A DNA stretch of 64,000 nt, from contig OY970296.1 in NCBI GenBank assembly GCA_963716175.1, positions 1,888,001 to 1,952,000 of the forward strand, given 5' to 3'. The first letter of the stretch is position 1, and each line of letters starts with the position of its first letter. The notes below the pieces were generated by a model. It did no database searches and was not told where the DNA came from. It saw only the letters and a list, made by a program, of their open reading frames with translations. This document shows positions 48,221 through 59,479 of the stretch, one piece after another. The position numbers and the translations under genes are program-made. This DNA is from an uncultured Armatimonadetes bacterium (lineage in GTDB: Bacteria > Armatimonadota > Hebobacteria > Hebobacterales > Hebobacteraceae).

Positions 48221-51200
48221 GTGCAGGCCATGCGGAGTTCGACTGTCTTCCCCAGTTCCCGATGGCAATCCGCTCTGCGATGTGGTGTGTTCGCGCTGCT
48301 GGTCATCATGTTCGCCCTTGCTTCGGAGGTTGGAATGGCTGACGCTCTCCAGTCGCCTGGGAACGCCGCGCCCGCGCGCATCTGCCGCTGGTACGGCGGC
48401 AAGAAGGCAGCTGTGAGCCTGCGTTTCGATGACTCGGATCCCAGTCACATCGAGCAGGCCGTGCCGGCGCTGAACGAATACGACCTGATCGGCACCTTCC
48501 TGGTGAACCCCGGAACCGATGACTACCCTAGGCACAAGGCGGTCTGGGAGGGGCCGGTGCTCCAGCGCGGACACGAGCTGGGCAATCACACGATGAACCA
48601 TGCAGGCGCCGATGCGGACGAGGAGGCCGAACAGCAGATCGGCGGGGCGGCGGAGCTGCTCCACCGGCTGCAGCCTCGGCTGAAGCTGCTCGTCTTCGGG
48701 CCCGGGGGCGGGACCCGCTGGTTTCAGCGGAAGAGCCTGGAGTTCTTCGAGGCCAAGTATGGCCTGGTTTCCGCGGGCGAAGCCGCCAGTGGATGGGCGA
48801 TGTCGTGCACCGAGACATATTCGAGCTGGAGCGTTCCGCGGTTCGCCGCGGAACTGGAGCAGGCCGTGGCACAGGGGGTCTGGTTCCGGCCCTACTTCCA
48901 CGAGATCCGGGAACGGCCCGGCAGCCTGTCCATGAGGCCGGAGACCTTCCGGCAGGTTCTGGGTGTCGTGCAGGCCCATCGTGCCGACCTGTGGCAGGCC
49001 GGCATGAGCGCGATCCACCAGTACGAACGAGAGCGCCTCGAGGCGCACCTGTGGGTGCACGCCACCGGCGCGGACACCGTCGCCCTCTCTCTCACCTCCG
49101 CCACCGATGGAAGCCTGTACACGCAGCCACTCACGATCGAGGTGGACTTGCCGGCCGAGGCCGACACAGTGGCCGTGACCGCGGAGACGGGGGAGACGAT
49201 ACCGGCTCGCATCGAGCAGGCCGACGGACACCGGGTGGCGCGCTTCGAGGTACGCCCGGCTGACCTGACCTACATCGCCCGCGCGAGGGGTGTCGGCGTG
49301 CACTGCCGGACGGGGGAGATGAAGCCGCCGGGCACACACCCCTACCTCCTCTTCACCGCCGCCGAAGCGCCCGCGGTTCTCGGCAAGACGAGCGACCCGT
49401 TGGCGAAGACGATGTGGGAGATGATCCTGCGGGCGGCCGACTCCTTTGTGGCCGAAGCCAAGTCGGAGAACCCGAAGGACCTGGTGATGTGGGACTGGTC
49501 CCGCCGCATCGAGGTGCTCGGCCTGGCCTACTCCCTTACCCACAACGAGGCCTACGGCCGGGTCGGGGCGAGGTTCCTCCTGACCGCGGCGAGAGATGAC
49601 TCATGGCATGGCGGGAAGACGGAGATGCGCGTCACCGGCGAGGTCATGGGAACGCTTGGCCTGGGCTATGACTGGCTATACGACGCCCTCACGGCGGAGC
49701 AGCGCGCGGAGTTACGCGACGTCGTGGTACGGTACGGCCTGGAGCCGTTCGCGCACGTCGCCGCCACGGGCGACTTCTGGACGGACTGGTATCGCGGCAA
49801 CTGGGGCGCCGTCATCTACAGCAACGCGGGACTCGCGGCGCTATCCCTCCTCGGCGAGGAACCCAGAGCGGCCGACTGGGTGCGCCTGTGCGAGCGGAAG
49901 CTGTGGCGCTACACCATGGCGATGGGAGAGGACGGCGGCTGGGGGGAGAGCGTGAGCTACGGGTCCTATGCGTGGTCCAACGGGCTGAAATTCCTGCGCG
50001 CGCTGCGCCGCGTTACCGGGGACAATCTACTCGACAGCCCCAGACTGCGTCGGCTCCCCTACTGGTTCATCAACCTGCTGGACACCGATCGGCGGAACTA
50101 CGTTCCCTTCTCCAACTGCGGCCTGGGGGTGAGCGCGTCTCCGGAGGTGTTGGCTCTTCTGGCCGGTGAGTACCGCGATGGGCATGTCCAGTCCGCGGCC
50201 CAGGAGTTGCTGGCGCGCCGGGAGCGGGCGGCCGTCTTCGCCTTCCTTTGGTATGACCCGAAGGTCGAAGCCGCGGCTCTCTCCGAGTTGCCCCTCACCC
50301 AGGTGTGGCCCGACCTCGGCTGGGCGATCATGCGGAGTTCGTGGGATGACCCCAAGGGCGTGCTCTTTGGCCTCAAGGGCGGTCAGCAGGACTGGGATCA
50401 CCTCCATCACGACCTCAACAGCTTCGTGCTCTACGCCTACGGCAAGCCCCTGATCGCAGAGCTGTGGTACCCGATGCGGGTATGGGGCTGCGAGACCGAG
50501 GCGCACAACACGATCATGGTGGCCGGCAAGGAGCAGTACGGAGAAGTCGGCATCATGGGCCAGGGCAGCGCTCCGGACTCCTACCACCGCGGGATCATCG
50601 GAGATGCGCTCGACACCGGCGGCGAGGCGTTGCGCACGCCGTGGTACACGCGGCTGGTGGGCGATGCCTCGTTGGCCTATGAGCCGAGTGACGTGCAGAG
50701 CTTCGTGCGCGAGGTCATGTACCTCCGGCACGCCGTGCCGACCGATCCGGATGACTACTTCGTGATGCTCGATGACGTCAGGGCCACACACCCCGCGCGG
50801 ATGGATTGGATGCTGCACACCTATGGCGACATCATGGCGTCCGGCCGCACGTTCACGATCGTGCAGGATGATGCGGCTGTGGAGGTCACCATGGTGGCGC
50901 CCGAGGAGTTCGTGGTGGAGAACCACGAGAAAAGCCTGGAGGAGATCAAGGCGCCCAAGCCCTTCGAGTCGGCCCGCGCCCTGAAGTACATCAAGGTGCG
51001 GGCGGCACAGCCGGCGGACCGGGGATGCTTCCTGTCCGTACTGGCCCCCCGGACCACCTCGGCCCCGAGCGGCGCACGCGTCACGCCCCTTCGCCAGTCA
51101 GGCGTGGTAGGGGTCATCGTCGACTCGGGCGGGACGCAGGACGTGGCGCTGTTCGCGCTCGACCAGCCGCAAATAGTGGCGGCCGGTGTGGAGGCGGCGG

Positions 51201-51553
51201 GCCGCTCTTGCTTCGTCCGGAGGTCGGGCGGCCAGGTCACGGCGGCGGCCTTGCAGCGCGGTCAGCGGCTGACGGTCGACGGAGTGCTGCTCCTGGAGAA
51301 CGGCAGCATCGGTCACGCCGCGCTCCGCTTCACGGAGAAGGCCGTCACCGCGACCATGGAGCTGTACGACGGCGTCCCAGTGCGGGTACATGCCGCCCGA
51401 CGCCCGGCCCGAGTCCTGATTGATGGCCAGGAGCACGCGTTCGAGTACGATCCCGAGCGTCAGTGCGTCACGTTCATCGAGTACTACCCGGACGGGCCGC
51501 GCGCCAAGCCTGTCGCCGGGTATCTACGCGAGGTGCAAGTGGTGCTGCAGTGA
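48221..51553 (+). CDS. Secreted fusion of polysaccharide deacetylase and heparinase II/III-like lyase (DUF4962-like)
   Basis: SLRFDD and GHELGNHTMNH (NodB-like); HPYLLF, GNW, DGGWGESVSY, HLHHDLNSF, HNTIMV (heparinase II/III-like); AGGAGG SD. Confidence 0.8.
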   Translation: MQAMRSSTVFPSSRWQSALRCGVFALLVIMFALASEVGMADALQSPGNAAPARICRWYGGKKAAVSLRFDDSDPSHIEQAVPALNEYDLIGTFLVNPGTDDYPRHKAVWEGPVLQRGHELGNHTMNHAGADADEEAEQQIGGAAELLHRLQPRLKLLVFGPGGGTRWFQRKSLEFFEAKYGLVSAGEAASGWAMSCTETYSSWSVPRFAAELEQAVAQGVWFRPYFHEIRERPGSLSMRPETFRQVLGVVQAHRADLWQAGMSAIHQYERERLEAHLWVHATGADTVALSLTSATDGSLYTQPLTIEVDLPAEADTVAVTAETGETIPARIEQADGHRVARFEVRPADLTYIARARGVGVHCRTGEMKPPGTHPYLLFTAAEAPAVLGKTSDPLAKTMWEMILRAADSFVAEAKSENPKDLVMWDWSRRIEVLGLAYSLTHNEAYGRVGARFLLTAARDDSWHGGKTEMRVTGEVMGTLGLGYDWLYDALTAEQRAELRDVVVRYGLEPFAHVAATGDFWTDWYRGNWGAVIYSNAGLAALSLLGEEPRAADWVRLCERKLWRYTMAMGEDGGWGESVSYGSYAWSNGLKFLRALRRVTGDNLLDSPRLRRLPYWFINLLDTDRRNYVPFSNCGLGVSASPEVLALLAGEYRDGHVQSAAQELLARRERAAVFAFLWYDPKVEAAALSELPLTQVWPDLGWAIMRSSWDDPKGVLFGLKGGQQDWDHLHHDLNSFVLYAYGKPLIAELWYPMRVWGCETEAHNTIMVAGKEQYGEVGIMGQGSAPDSYHRGIIGDALDTGGEALRTPWYTRLVGDASLAYEPSDVQSFVREVMYLRHAVPTDPDDYFVMLDDVRATHPARMDWMLHTYGDIMASGRTFTIVQDDAAVEVTMVAPEEFVVENHEKSLEEIKAPKPFESARALKYIKVRAAQPADRGCFLSVLAPRTTSAPSGARVTPLRQSGVVGVIVDSGGTQDVALFALDQPQIVAAGVEAAGRSCFVRRSGGQVTAAALQRGQRLTVDGVLLLENGSIGHAALRFTEKAVTATMELYDGVPVRVHAARRPARVLIDGQEHAFEYDPERQCVTFIEYYPDGPRAKPVAGYLREVQVVLQ

Positions 51554-51903
51554 TGATCGCTTGGCCGGGGCCAAGAGAGCGGGTGGCACACCGGGAGTTC
51601 GTCCTCGGACGGCTGCGAGGCGCTCGCCACGTGGCGAGCCGTGCGGCAGGCGGCGAGGGTGTTGATGGAAGCAGATGGCCTGTCAGAGGGAGATCCCTAC
51701 TGCAAGTTGCGCCGGCGGACATCGGAACGTCGGGTCACGTTGAGAGTGGTGGCAGACGAGATCGTCACCGGCACCAGCAACGGCTGACCTAGCCCTGATC
51801 CCGGCGCTGCCGTCAGAACCGGTGCTGTGCACCCGGCTTCTGCGTGTGACGGGCGCTATATGCCTTGCCACAGGGCCGGTCACACGCGTTGGGCCCAACC
51901 CCA

Positions 51904-51980
51904 CGAAGCATCCCGAGCGACGACCCGGGTATCCCCCGACTCCGGCTACCCCCTCGGCTTGGGGTCACTGCGCGCGGTTC
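51904..51980 (+). repeat. Hairpin repeat copy 11
   Basis: cgaagcatccc linker; core 51938-51966. Confidence 0.88.
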
Positions 51981-51986
51981 CCCCGC

Positions 51987-53312
51987 TTACCTGGCGCGCA
52001 CCACCGCTGCCCATTGTCCCGGGCCTGGCGCCTGCAAGCGTGCCGATCTGCCGGCCGCCGCCTGCGCTTCGCGGGTCCACTGGGCCTGGCCGATATCGTA
52101 CCAGCGGATGGTGGCACCGCCTGAGGAGCCCGTCACGTCGAGTTCTGCCGCGCCGCCATCAGTGAAGTACACGGCATACTCCAGGCCGGGCCGCGCCAGG
52201 CAGTAGGCAACATCGTCTCCGTCCGTATGCAGCAGGTCCTGTCGCGGCTCGCAGGCGAACACGTCCAGGGCTGCCGTCACCGCGCGAGCGCTTCGCATCA
52301 TCTGCTGGGCCATTTCGGTGAATGCGAGGTGCTTCTCATGGAACCGGGCAGAGGCCGCGCCCCCGATGATGTTCCGCCAGAAGCGCGCCATCCCGTCCTG
52401 GGCGGTGCCGAAGTACGTGTTGCCATAGATCTTCACATTGCTCAGCGGTCGAGGCCTGGCCGCGATGCGGTTGCGCACGTACTGGATCCCATCATAGTGG
52501 GCGCGACCGAACTGGAGGTTGTTCTGCGCCATCTCGATGTAGTCGAAGAGATCGGGCCGGTCAATCACGTGCAGGTGCTCGGGATCGCGCATATCCTTCG
52601 GGTCTCGCATTTCCGTGATGTAGACTGTCCTCCCGGCCTCTGCCGCCCGCTTCCGAACGTGCCGCGCCCAGTACTCTCCCCACTTGGGCGTCACCATGGT
52701 CTCGTTGTTCATACAGTACAGCACGTGGTCGTAGCGTAGGGTGTGAGCGAGCACTCGGTCAACAAACCTCTGCTGATAGCGCAGCACCTCCTTCAGATCG
52801 TGCTCCTCAGGGACGCTCCAGAAGAAGGTATTCTCGGCCTTCGAAGGTTCGCTGTCCACGACAGTCGGAAGCCCGGTGGTCTCAGCCGAGTAGTTTGTGT
52901 TGTTCGCCGGGTTGAACGGACTGACGCGCCAGGGATCGCGGTAGTAGTCGAAGGTGGCCCAGAGCTCGCAGTCGGTGACGATCCCTCGTGCCGCGGTTTC
53001 CCGCAGGAACAGCTCGAACCGGTCCCAGTACTCTTCGTTCCACTGATCCAGGTCGTAGCGGTCACCGACTCGGGCGAACGGATAACGGCCGGTCGTCTCC
53101 TGGCCAGACATCAAGCAGCGCGTCCAGTTGCCGCCGACCGCGACCAGGGCGTCGAGGTACTCCACCAGGTTCGGCAGGTGGAAGACACCAATATCGGCCA
53201 CCCCCTCCGCACGCGGCGACCCGCCTAGAAGCAGCATCGGCACTCCATCGAGCTGCCAGTAGTACCTGTTGCCGGGGTAGATGCTGACGCCTTGCTCGCG
53301 GCTAGTTGTCAC
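51987..53312 (-). CDS. GH-like barrel protein with C-terminal putative collagen-binding domain (DUF4038/DUF6298-like)
   Basis: YWQLDGVPMLLLG, YDLDQWNEEYWDR, NNE, YCLARPGLEYAVY. Confidence 0.7.
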   Translation of the reverse strand: MTTSREQGVSIYPGNRYYWQLDGVPMLLLGGSPRAEGVADIGVFHLPNLVEYLDALVAVGGNWTRCLMSGQETTGRYPFARVGDRYDLDQWNEEYWDRFELFLRETAARGIVTDCELWATFDYYRDPWRVSPFNPANNTNYSAETTGLPTVVDSEPSKAENTFFWSVPEEHDLKEVLRYQQRFVDRVLAHTLRYDHVLYCMNNETMVTPKWGEYWARHVRKRAAEAGRTVYITEMRDPKDMRDPEHLHVIDRPDLFDYIEMAQNNLQFGRAHYDGIQYVRNRIAARPRPLSNVKIYGNTYFGTAQDGMARFWRNIIGGAASARFHEKHLAFTEMAQQMMRSARAVTAALDVFACEPRQDLLHTDGDDVAYCLARPGLEYAVYFTDGGAAELDVTGSSGGATIRWYDIGQAQWTREAQAAAGRSARLQAPGPGQWAAVVRAR

Positions 53313-53572
53313 TTCCCCTCCCCCAGTCCATCTGGCATTGCCAGCATTGCCGATGATTCATGGCGCCGCCTGCGAGTCCCTTCTCAGCGAGTAGTGAGGA
53401 GAGCCGCTCCACCAGCCTAGAGCAGGACCGTCCAGAGGCCCCTTGGCGCCCAAGAACTCGCATGTGCGTGACCGGCAGGCGAACACGCGCTGAGTCACGG
53501 CCTGATGACGAGTCATGGTGATGCAGAGGACCAACAGGCCGTCGCCGCCTCTGCCCAAGCCAGGCCGCCAAC

Positions 53573-53735
53573 GGCCCCGTGCACCCCCCGACTCCGGCTA
53601 CCCCCTCGGCGTGGAGTCACGGCCCGGGGCTCAGTCGTGGGTCGTCGTGCGACGGCGCGTCCCGGACACGCGGGCCGCAGCATTCCGGTTGGCGGCGTGA
53701 TGTCAGGCCGGCTTCGAGGGCGCCCGACACGGACA
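53573..53735 (+). repeat. Hairpin repeat copy 12 with 3' half
   Basis: Core 53590-53618; ggcggcgtgatgtcaggccggctt. Confidence 0.9.
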
Positions 53736-53768
53736 CGTGGAGGCAGACGGCTCTCTGGACACTACGAA

Positions 53769-55798
53769 TCACTCGCTCTCAAGCGTCAAGAAGACGACGG
53801 AGTGTGCGGGGATCGTGCACGTTACGCGGGGACCTGCCAGCGTGACCGGCAGCTCTGTGATCGCGTCCTCCTTGCGCTGGAGCAGGGGCTTGCCGTCGAG
53901 GTCGTCGTTGCTCAGGAGGATGCCAGTGGCGCGGGCGGCGTCGAAGGTGCGCACGTTGAGGATGCAGGGCACGGCGCGATCCCAGGAGCCGTTGGCGACG
54001 ACGAGGTAGAGCGACTTCCTGTCCTGGCGGAGGGTGACCAGCGCGGGGGTCATGGGCCCGGCATAGTCGGTGGGCCTGTCGGAGAGGCCGTCGGCCGCGG
54101 ATGGGGTGTAGTATGGTGCCACGCCATCCATGTCGAGGGCCCACTCGCCGAGATGGCGGTTAAAGTAGTAGTAAAGCCAGTAGAGCATGAAGCGCTTGTC
54201 GGGCGCGTCTGGAGAGAGGATGCCGAAGCCCTGCTCTTTGCTCCTGGAGAGCATCTCCCAACCGCTCGCGCCACGCAGGATGTGCTCGCGGGCGTAGTAG
54301 ATGAGGCGCACGGCGCGGTGGAGAGTGCCGACGATGTTCGCGTTCCGATCGAACGCGTCCGCGACCTCGCCGTACGGGCCGGAGCTGATCATGCCCCACT
54401 CAGTGTCGTACTGGTAGACATCTCGACCTGGGTTGTAGGCGCGGATGAGAGCGTTGGTGCGCAGGATCAGGTCGAGCTTCTGGTAGTTCGCGGCGAGCAC
54501 GGGCACCTCGAGCGCGCGCTCTTGCAGCCGGTCGATACCGGAGTAGTAGTGGCCCACGACGAAGTCGTAGTGACCGGCGCACTGCTTCAGCACCGCGTTG
54601 CCCCAGGCCTGGCTCTCGGGGTCGACGGCGAGGCCGATCTGGGCAGAGGGCTGCACGGCGCGGATGGCGCGGCTGACCTCGATGAAGTGGTCGATGTAAG
54701 ACTGCGGGGTCGGGAAGGCCGTGCCCTCCCTCATCAGGTAGGGCTCGTTGGCGATCTCCCAGTAGCGGAAGCCGTAGCCCATGTTCACGGAGTGGCGGAC
54801 GCCTCGCGCCCACCGCTCGGGCGGGAGCTTACTGGTCGCGCCCTGGGTCTCGAACTCGAGCACGACGTGGTCCAGAGGCACGCCGACGCGGCGGCAGACT
54901 TCGGCGGCTCTGTCGATGGACTCCTCGACCGGGAACGGCTCATCGCCGACGGCGTAGAAGCGAGTCATGGGGAGGTGGAGGTCGCGGATCGCCTGCTCCA
55001 GCTCGGGCGCGAGGGTGTAGTCCCCCTTCTTGTCGTACGGCTGGCCGGTCCATCCGCAGACGCGGTGGAATGAGATGCCGCCGGCATCCTGGGTGGCGTG
55101 ACGCAGGGGCTTGCCAGCATCCACCGTGATTTCCAGGATGTCGCCGGGGCGCAATCGGTGCTGGAGCGGCGGGTACTTCAGTGCGGACTCATCTGCGAGG
55201 CGATCCTTCCGTGTGCTGGGCTCTTCGGTGACGACGATGTCGTCAACCCAGAGGGTGCGCTCGGCCCGTTGGTCGCGCGTGGCGTAGAACGCGAGCAAGA
55301 GATAGCGGCTCCGGTCGGCGAAGAAGTCCCAGCCCTCATGGAGGGTGAATCGGAAATGCTTCCATCGCTCATCTGCGGCGATGACGAAGTGGCCGGGGAC
55401 GCCGCGTCGATGAACGGGTGGATACTGGAGTAGGCCTCGAGACCGAAGTCCGACATCCCAGGCTGGTCCGCTCTGGCCCAGAAGGAAACAGTGTACATCA
55501 TGCTCCTGCGGGGGCGGATGGCGTGCTCGGGTGATGAGACGGTGTAGCCCTTGGTGCCAGCGGGATGATGGATGCGGAAGCAGGCCCTGCCGCGGTGGGG
55601 GTTGACGGTATCGAGGGTGTAGTTGCCCGGGATCTTGTACTGCCTCGCGCCCCACATGGCCCAGCCCAGCGGCGGCGCTTCCGGGGATGGGATCTCGAAA
55701 TCACCATTGTAGACGAGGTTCTGCGCGCAGTGGGCGGAGGTCCCGAGAACGAGGAGCAACAGACTAGCTGCCACAGCAGCAATGAGTCTCGAGTGCAT
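53769..55798 (-). pseudogene. Secreted CBM plus clan GH-A-like glycoside hydrolase (GH39/44/51-like), frameshifted near 55400
   Basis: Signal peptide plus NLVYNGDFE in one frame; GHFVIAADERWKH...YWEIANEP...DTEWG in another; span 2030 bp. Confidence 0.7.
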
Positions 55799-55807
55799 GG
55801 CTTCCCT

Positions 55808-56135
55808 CTACCGGGTCACGTTTCGGTGCGGGGCCCCGTCATCCTTGGCGTGGGAGGGCCCGCCGCGCGAGCCGCGGTCATGGGCCTTGATGCCGGACTC
55901 CATCGCCGGGGCGCCGGCCTCGTGAGCACCCACGTCCAGGGCCTTCCCGGAGAAGTCATCATTGAAGCTGGGAATCCGGACACCGGCGTCGTAGCCGGGG
56001 CTGCCGCGGGCTAGCCAGAACCGGCCTGGGCCATTCCCGGAGTCACTGCCGGGCTTACGCTTGATGCCGCGGACTCCCTGGGCGCCGGAGGCCCTGATGT
56101 CGCCGCTGAGGAGGTCATAGTCCAAGTCATTGGCG
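55808..56135 (-). pseudogene. C-terminal fragment of a beta-helix protein, paralogous to 24620-26365
   Basis: SPGYDAGVRIPSFNDDFSGKALDVGAHE versus [28 protein letters not shown]. Confidence 0.65.
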
Positions 56136-56217
56136 AGGCTGGTGGTTCTATCGCCGATGCCCGGCACGCGACGTCCACCCGCGAGCCGATGCCACAGCGC
56201 CGCTTGACACAAAGGAG

Positions 56218-56245
56218 TTGACCCAAGGTCGATCTGGTGTAGAAT
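56218..56245 (+). promoter_or_regulatory. Putative sigma70 promoter
   Basis: TTGACC-16bp-TAGAAT upstream of the DUF1559 gene. Confidence 0.5.
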
Positions 56246-56366
56246 GAGACATGAAGGCGGTGGGGGGGCAGCCTGGCCGAGTCGGGCCCGAAAGGAGGTG
56301 GAGGCAGATAGCGGATGGCGCTATGGTCTGGGTACTGTGCCAACCTTCCTAAGGAGGTGTACGAGC

Positions 56367-57368
56367 ATGTTGTCTCGACCACGACGAGGTTTCACCCTGA
56401 TCGAGCTGCTGGTGGTGATCGCAATCATCGCGATCCTCGCCGCAATGCTGTTCCCGGTGTTTGCACGGGCGCGGGAATCGGCCCGCAAGATCCAATGCCT
56501 GTCGAACGTCAAGAACATCGCCATGGCATTTCAGATGTATTTCGTGGACTATGACAGGTACCCGCCGAGGGAACATGACCCGGCTGTGGTGCAGTTCTTC
56601 GCCGACAACGGCTGCGATATGACCCCTGGGTGCTGTACCTACGCCACTGGGTCGAACCCCTATCTGAGGTGGCCGGTCATCATTGACGAGTACGTCAAGA
56701 ACCGCGATGTCTGGAGATGTCCGAGTGCGCGGAACGTATCGTCGGTGCAGCGCGTATGGGGACAGGCGAACTGGTTCCAGGAGCTGAAGGATAACTGGCC
56801 TACTTGCGTCTGCCAGGAAGCATGGCCTCCCGGCTGGGGCGGCACTGTTACCGACAATCTGGCGTTGGTAGACGGCTGCCCAGGTGAGCATGCGACCGTC
56901 GACCAAGGGGCGGTCGAGATGGACTATTCGGACACTCACATAGTCTATGGCGAAGTAGAGAAGAAACTCTCGGCCATCGATGATCCGGCCAAGACCCTCA
57001 TCATTGCCGAGCGGGGCCTCAAGCCGTACTACGACCGCATCGAGCAGGTCGCCTATCCTGAGGCCTGCCGCATCTGCTGGGGCAGCGTGATTGAGAACCC
57101 TGACAACTGCGGCGGAGACTGGGTGAACTGTTCCGAGACTATAGTCTGCGGTGTAGACAAGCACGACATAGACAAGTTCTGGGGCGACCCCTCGTGGCGC
57201 AGCAAGTATACGCGCCACATGGGCGGCAACAACCTCGGTTTCACCGATGGCCACGCCGCCTGGTGGAACGCGAATGCGATACTCGCCGCGGCCAACGCCA
57301 ACCCCAGCCAGCTTCCTCCCATGGGCGCCCAGCATGTGCCCGACTACATACCTGGCGAGCACTGGTAG
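56367..57368 (+). CDS. Prepilin-type N-terminal cleavage/methylation protein (DUF1559, H-X9-DG motif)
   Basis: RRGFTLIELLVVIAIIAILAAMLFPVFARARESAR..CLSN; RHMGGNNLGFTDGH; AAGGAGGT SD. Confidence 0.93.
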   Translation: MLSRPRRGFTLIELLVVIAIIAILAAMLFPVFARARESARKIQCLSNVKNIAMAFQMYFVDYDRYPPREHDPAVVQFFADNGCDMTPGCCTYATGSNPYLRWPVIIDEYVKNRDVWRCPSARNVSSVQRVWGQANWFQELKDNWPTCVCQEAWPPGWGGTVTDNLALVDGCPGEHATVDQGAVEMDYSDTHIVYGEVEKKLSAIDDPAKTLIIAERGLKPYYDRIEQVAYPEACRICWGSVIENPDNCGGDWVNCSETIVCGVDKHDIDKFWGDPSWRSKYTRHMGGNNLGFTDGHAAWWNANAILAAANANPSQLPPMGAQHVPDYIPGEHW

Positions 57369-57582
57369 GCCACTATACAGCACCCATAGTGGCTGGTCGA
57401 TCGTGCGGGCGGGGTCTTCGTTGAGACGACTCCGCCCGCACTTCGCTCCAGAGGCCTGGCTTCCCCCTATAGGCTATCGCACATTGAAGCAATGTGCGAT
57501 AGTTCGCTAGCAGGTGTCGTGTGCCTCTGAGAGTTCCGCCGGGTTAGTTCTCTCGGCGAAGCTCTGTAGATGCGACCAGAAC

Positions 57583-57878
57583 TCACCACCTCCTGTAAAC
57601 CAGAAACCAAGTCTCGTCCACAGCTGCAGAGAGTGTCTGATCCCAGGTCAGTCTCCCCCCACCACAGTCCCGTTCCGGCAGGACCGCCGTCCACCCCGCC
57701 GAAGCATCCCGTGCGGTCGCCCCAGGCACCCCAAACTCCGGCTACCCCCTCGGCTGGGGGTCACTGGGCGGGTTCTGTCGCGGATCATCGGGCTGCCGAC
57801 CTTTCCCGCGCACGCGGATCACCGCTTTCCGCTTGGCAGAGTGACGTCGGACCAGCTCCACGAGTCCGCGACAGGGGC
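57583..57878 (+). repeat. Module A linker plus hairpin repeat copy 13 with diverged 3' half
   Basis: Near-identical to 16319-16478; core 57734-57762. Confidence 0.88.
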
Positions 57879-58000
57879 TGGCGCGCTCAGGTCCCGAAGC
57901 GCCCCGTCACCGCTGGTGAGCCCGTCCTGCGTGTGCTATCATCCAGTTCGGCCAACGAGTTGCATGACTGAGGCCACGTGTCTGGAGAGGGTAAGGCGAA

Positions 58001-59095
58001 GTGCACCAGCCACTGCTGGACGTAAGGATCATAAGGGCAGGAGCCGTCTTCTTCACAGCACTTGTCGTGCTGGCGACGGCTGTGGCGGCTGGGGAGCAGG
58101 TTGACTGGCGGCGGGCCGTCCACGCGTTCGAGGGAAGAGACCTGGGCCAGATCCAGGAGCTCCGCCCGGGGTCTGTCGAGCACCTCTCCCCCGATCAGCG
58201 GAATGCCATCGCGCTGGCGGCCGCCAGGTCCCTGAGTATCGCCGACTACATAGATGCGATCGGGGAAAGCAGGCTCTGGGAGCACTTCACCACACCTCCG
58301 GCCGAGGATTCCCCACGCGAGGCCGAGTGTCGCAGACAGTGGGGAATCAACATGGCCGCCGCCGAGCTCTTGCGACACCTGGCCGAGAAACGGTTGATCA
58401 ATGACCCACGGGTGCTGCCCTATCTGATCGAGGCCCTGGACCATCCCGACCGGTTCTCCGTGGGCCAGAAGTGCTTCTATGCCCTCACCTACCTGACACG
58501 GCATACGTCGGGGGAGGTCTACTGGGCACGACTTGTCGAGGACGAGAGGCGGCACAAGGAGGTAGTTCTGTGGTGGCAGGGCTGGTGGAGTAAGAACAAG
58601 GGCAGACACCCGGTATTCGATGCCGAGGCGGAGCGACGAGCCCGAGCTGAGGTCATCCGCGTGACCCGGCAGATCGAGACGGAGGCGAAGCCTCATCGTG
58701 CTGAGTTGTCGCTGTTCTCGCTCCCCAAGAATGTGGTGCTGCGCTGGTCTCGCCTCTTATTCGAGATCGAGTATAACCCGCGGCTCTGGTCTTTGGCTCC
58801 TCCGCTGACCGTGGATCGCGACAGCTTGCCGTGGATTCATATCTCCTGCCGGTTCCAGAGCGAAGACCTCCCCGCGGAGGCCGCATGGGCGGCGAAGGAG
58901 ACCCCCACTCCCCCCGGGGAACTCAGAGGACATGTGAGGGCGGTGTACTTCCGGGCTCTTGAGGGGACGGATATCGTGGTCGAGGTGCTTGCGGCGTCAA
59001 AGGACGAAGAGTTGATTGCCGCATTGCGCGGGGCACTGGGCGCCAGACGAAGCGTGGCACCACATGTTTCACGGGCTGACAGACCACGTCGCTGA
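58001..59095 (+). CDS. Secreted hypothetical protein with a short HEAT-like segment
   Basis: 364 aa, signal peptide, DPRVLPYLIEALD. Confidence 0.55.
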   Translation: MHQPLLDVRIIRAGAVFFTALVVLATAVAAGEQVDWRRAVHAFEGRDLGQIQELRPGSVEHLSPDQRNAIALAAARSLSIADYIDAIGESRLWEHFTTPPAEDSPREAECRRQWGINMAAAELLRHLAEKRLINDPRVLPYLIEALDHPDRFSVGQKCFYALTYLTRHTSGEVYWARLVEDERRHKEVVLWWQGWWSKNKGRHPVFDAEAERRARAEVIRVTRQIETEAKPHRAELSLFSLPKNVVLRWSRLLFEIEYNPRLWSLAPPLTVDRDSLPWIHISCRFQSEDLPAEAAWAAKETPTPPGELRGHVRAVYFRALEGTDIVVEVLAASKDEELIAALRGALGARRSVAPHVSRADRPRR

Positions 59096-59407
59096 CTTGA
59101 CGTGTCGTGCCTCGCAGCCGTAACGCGATGTGTTCTCCTGGTCCGGCGCACGCACTCCTGAGAAAGCTCCGGGTGCCGACAGAAGCCGGCGTGGTCGGCG
59201 GCAGGACGAAGATTGGCCGCATCACTGCTTAGTTGCTGGCTGAGCGATGGGTGACGTGCAGTGCCGGCCGCTCATCACCCACTGCTTCCCACGCGACCGG
59301 TCAGTGGAGGGATACGCTACCACTGAGCGCAGAGCGGAGACGGGCCCCGCAAAGTGTTGCTTTGCCCTTGACCGCGAGTGGGCACAGCGTCAACCTCCCG
59401 CGCCATG

Positions 59408-59476
59408 GCCCTCGGGCGCACCCCCGACTCCGGCTGCCCCCTCGGCCGGGAGTCACTGCGCGGCGTTCCGTCGCGC
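59408..59476 (+). repeat. Hairpin repeat copy 14
   Basis: Core 59426-59454. Confidence 0.88.
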
Positions 59477-59479
59477 TTG

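Noticed and set aside
56250-56345. Possible c-di-GMP riboswitch before the DUF1559 gene
   Set aside because: Only a GAAA-like loop is present; the GEMM consensus is not found
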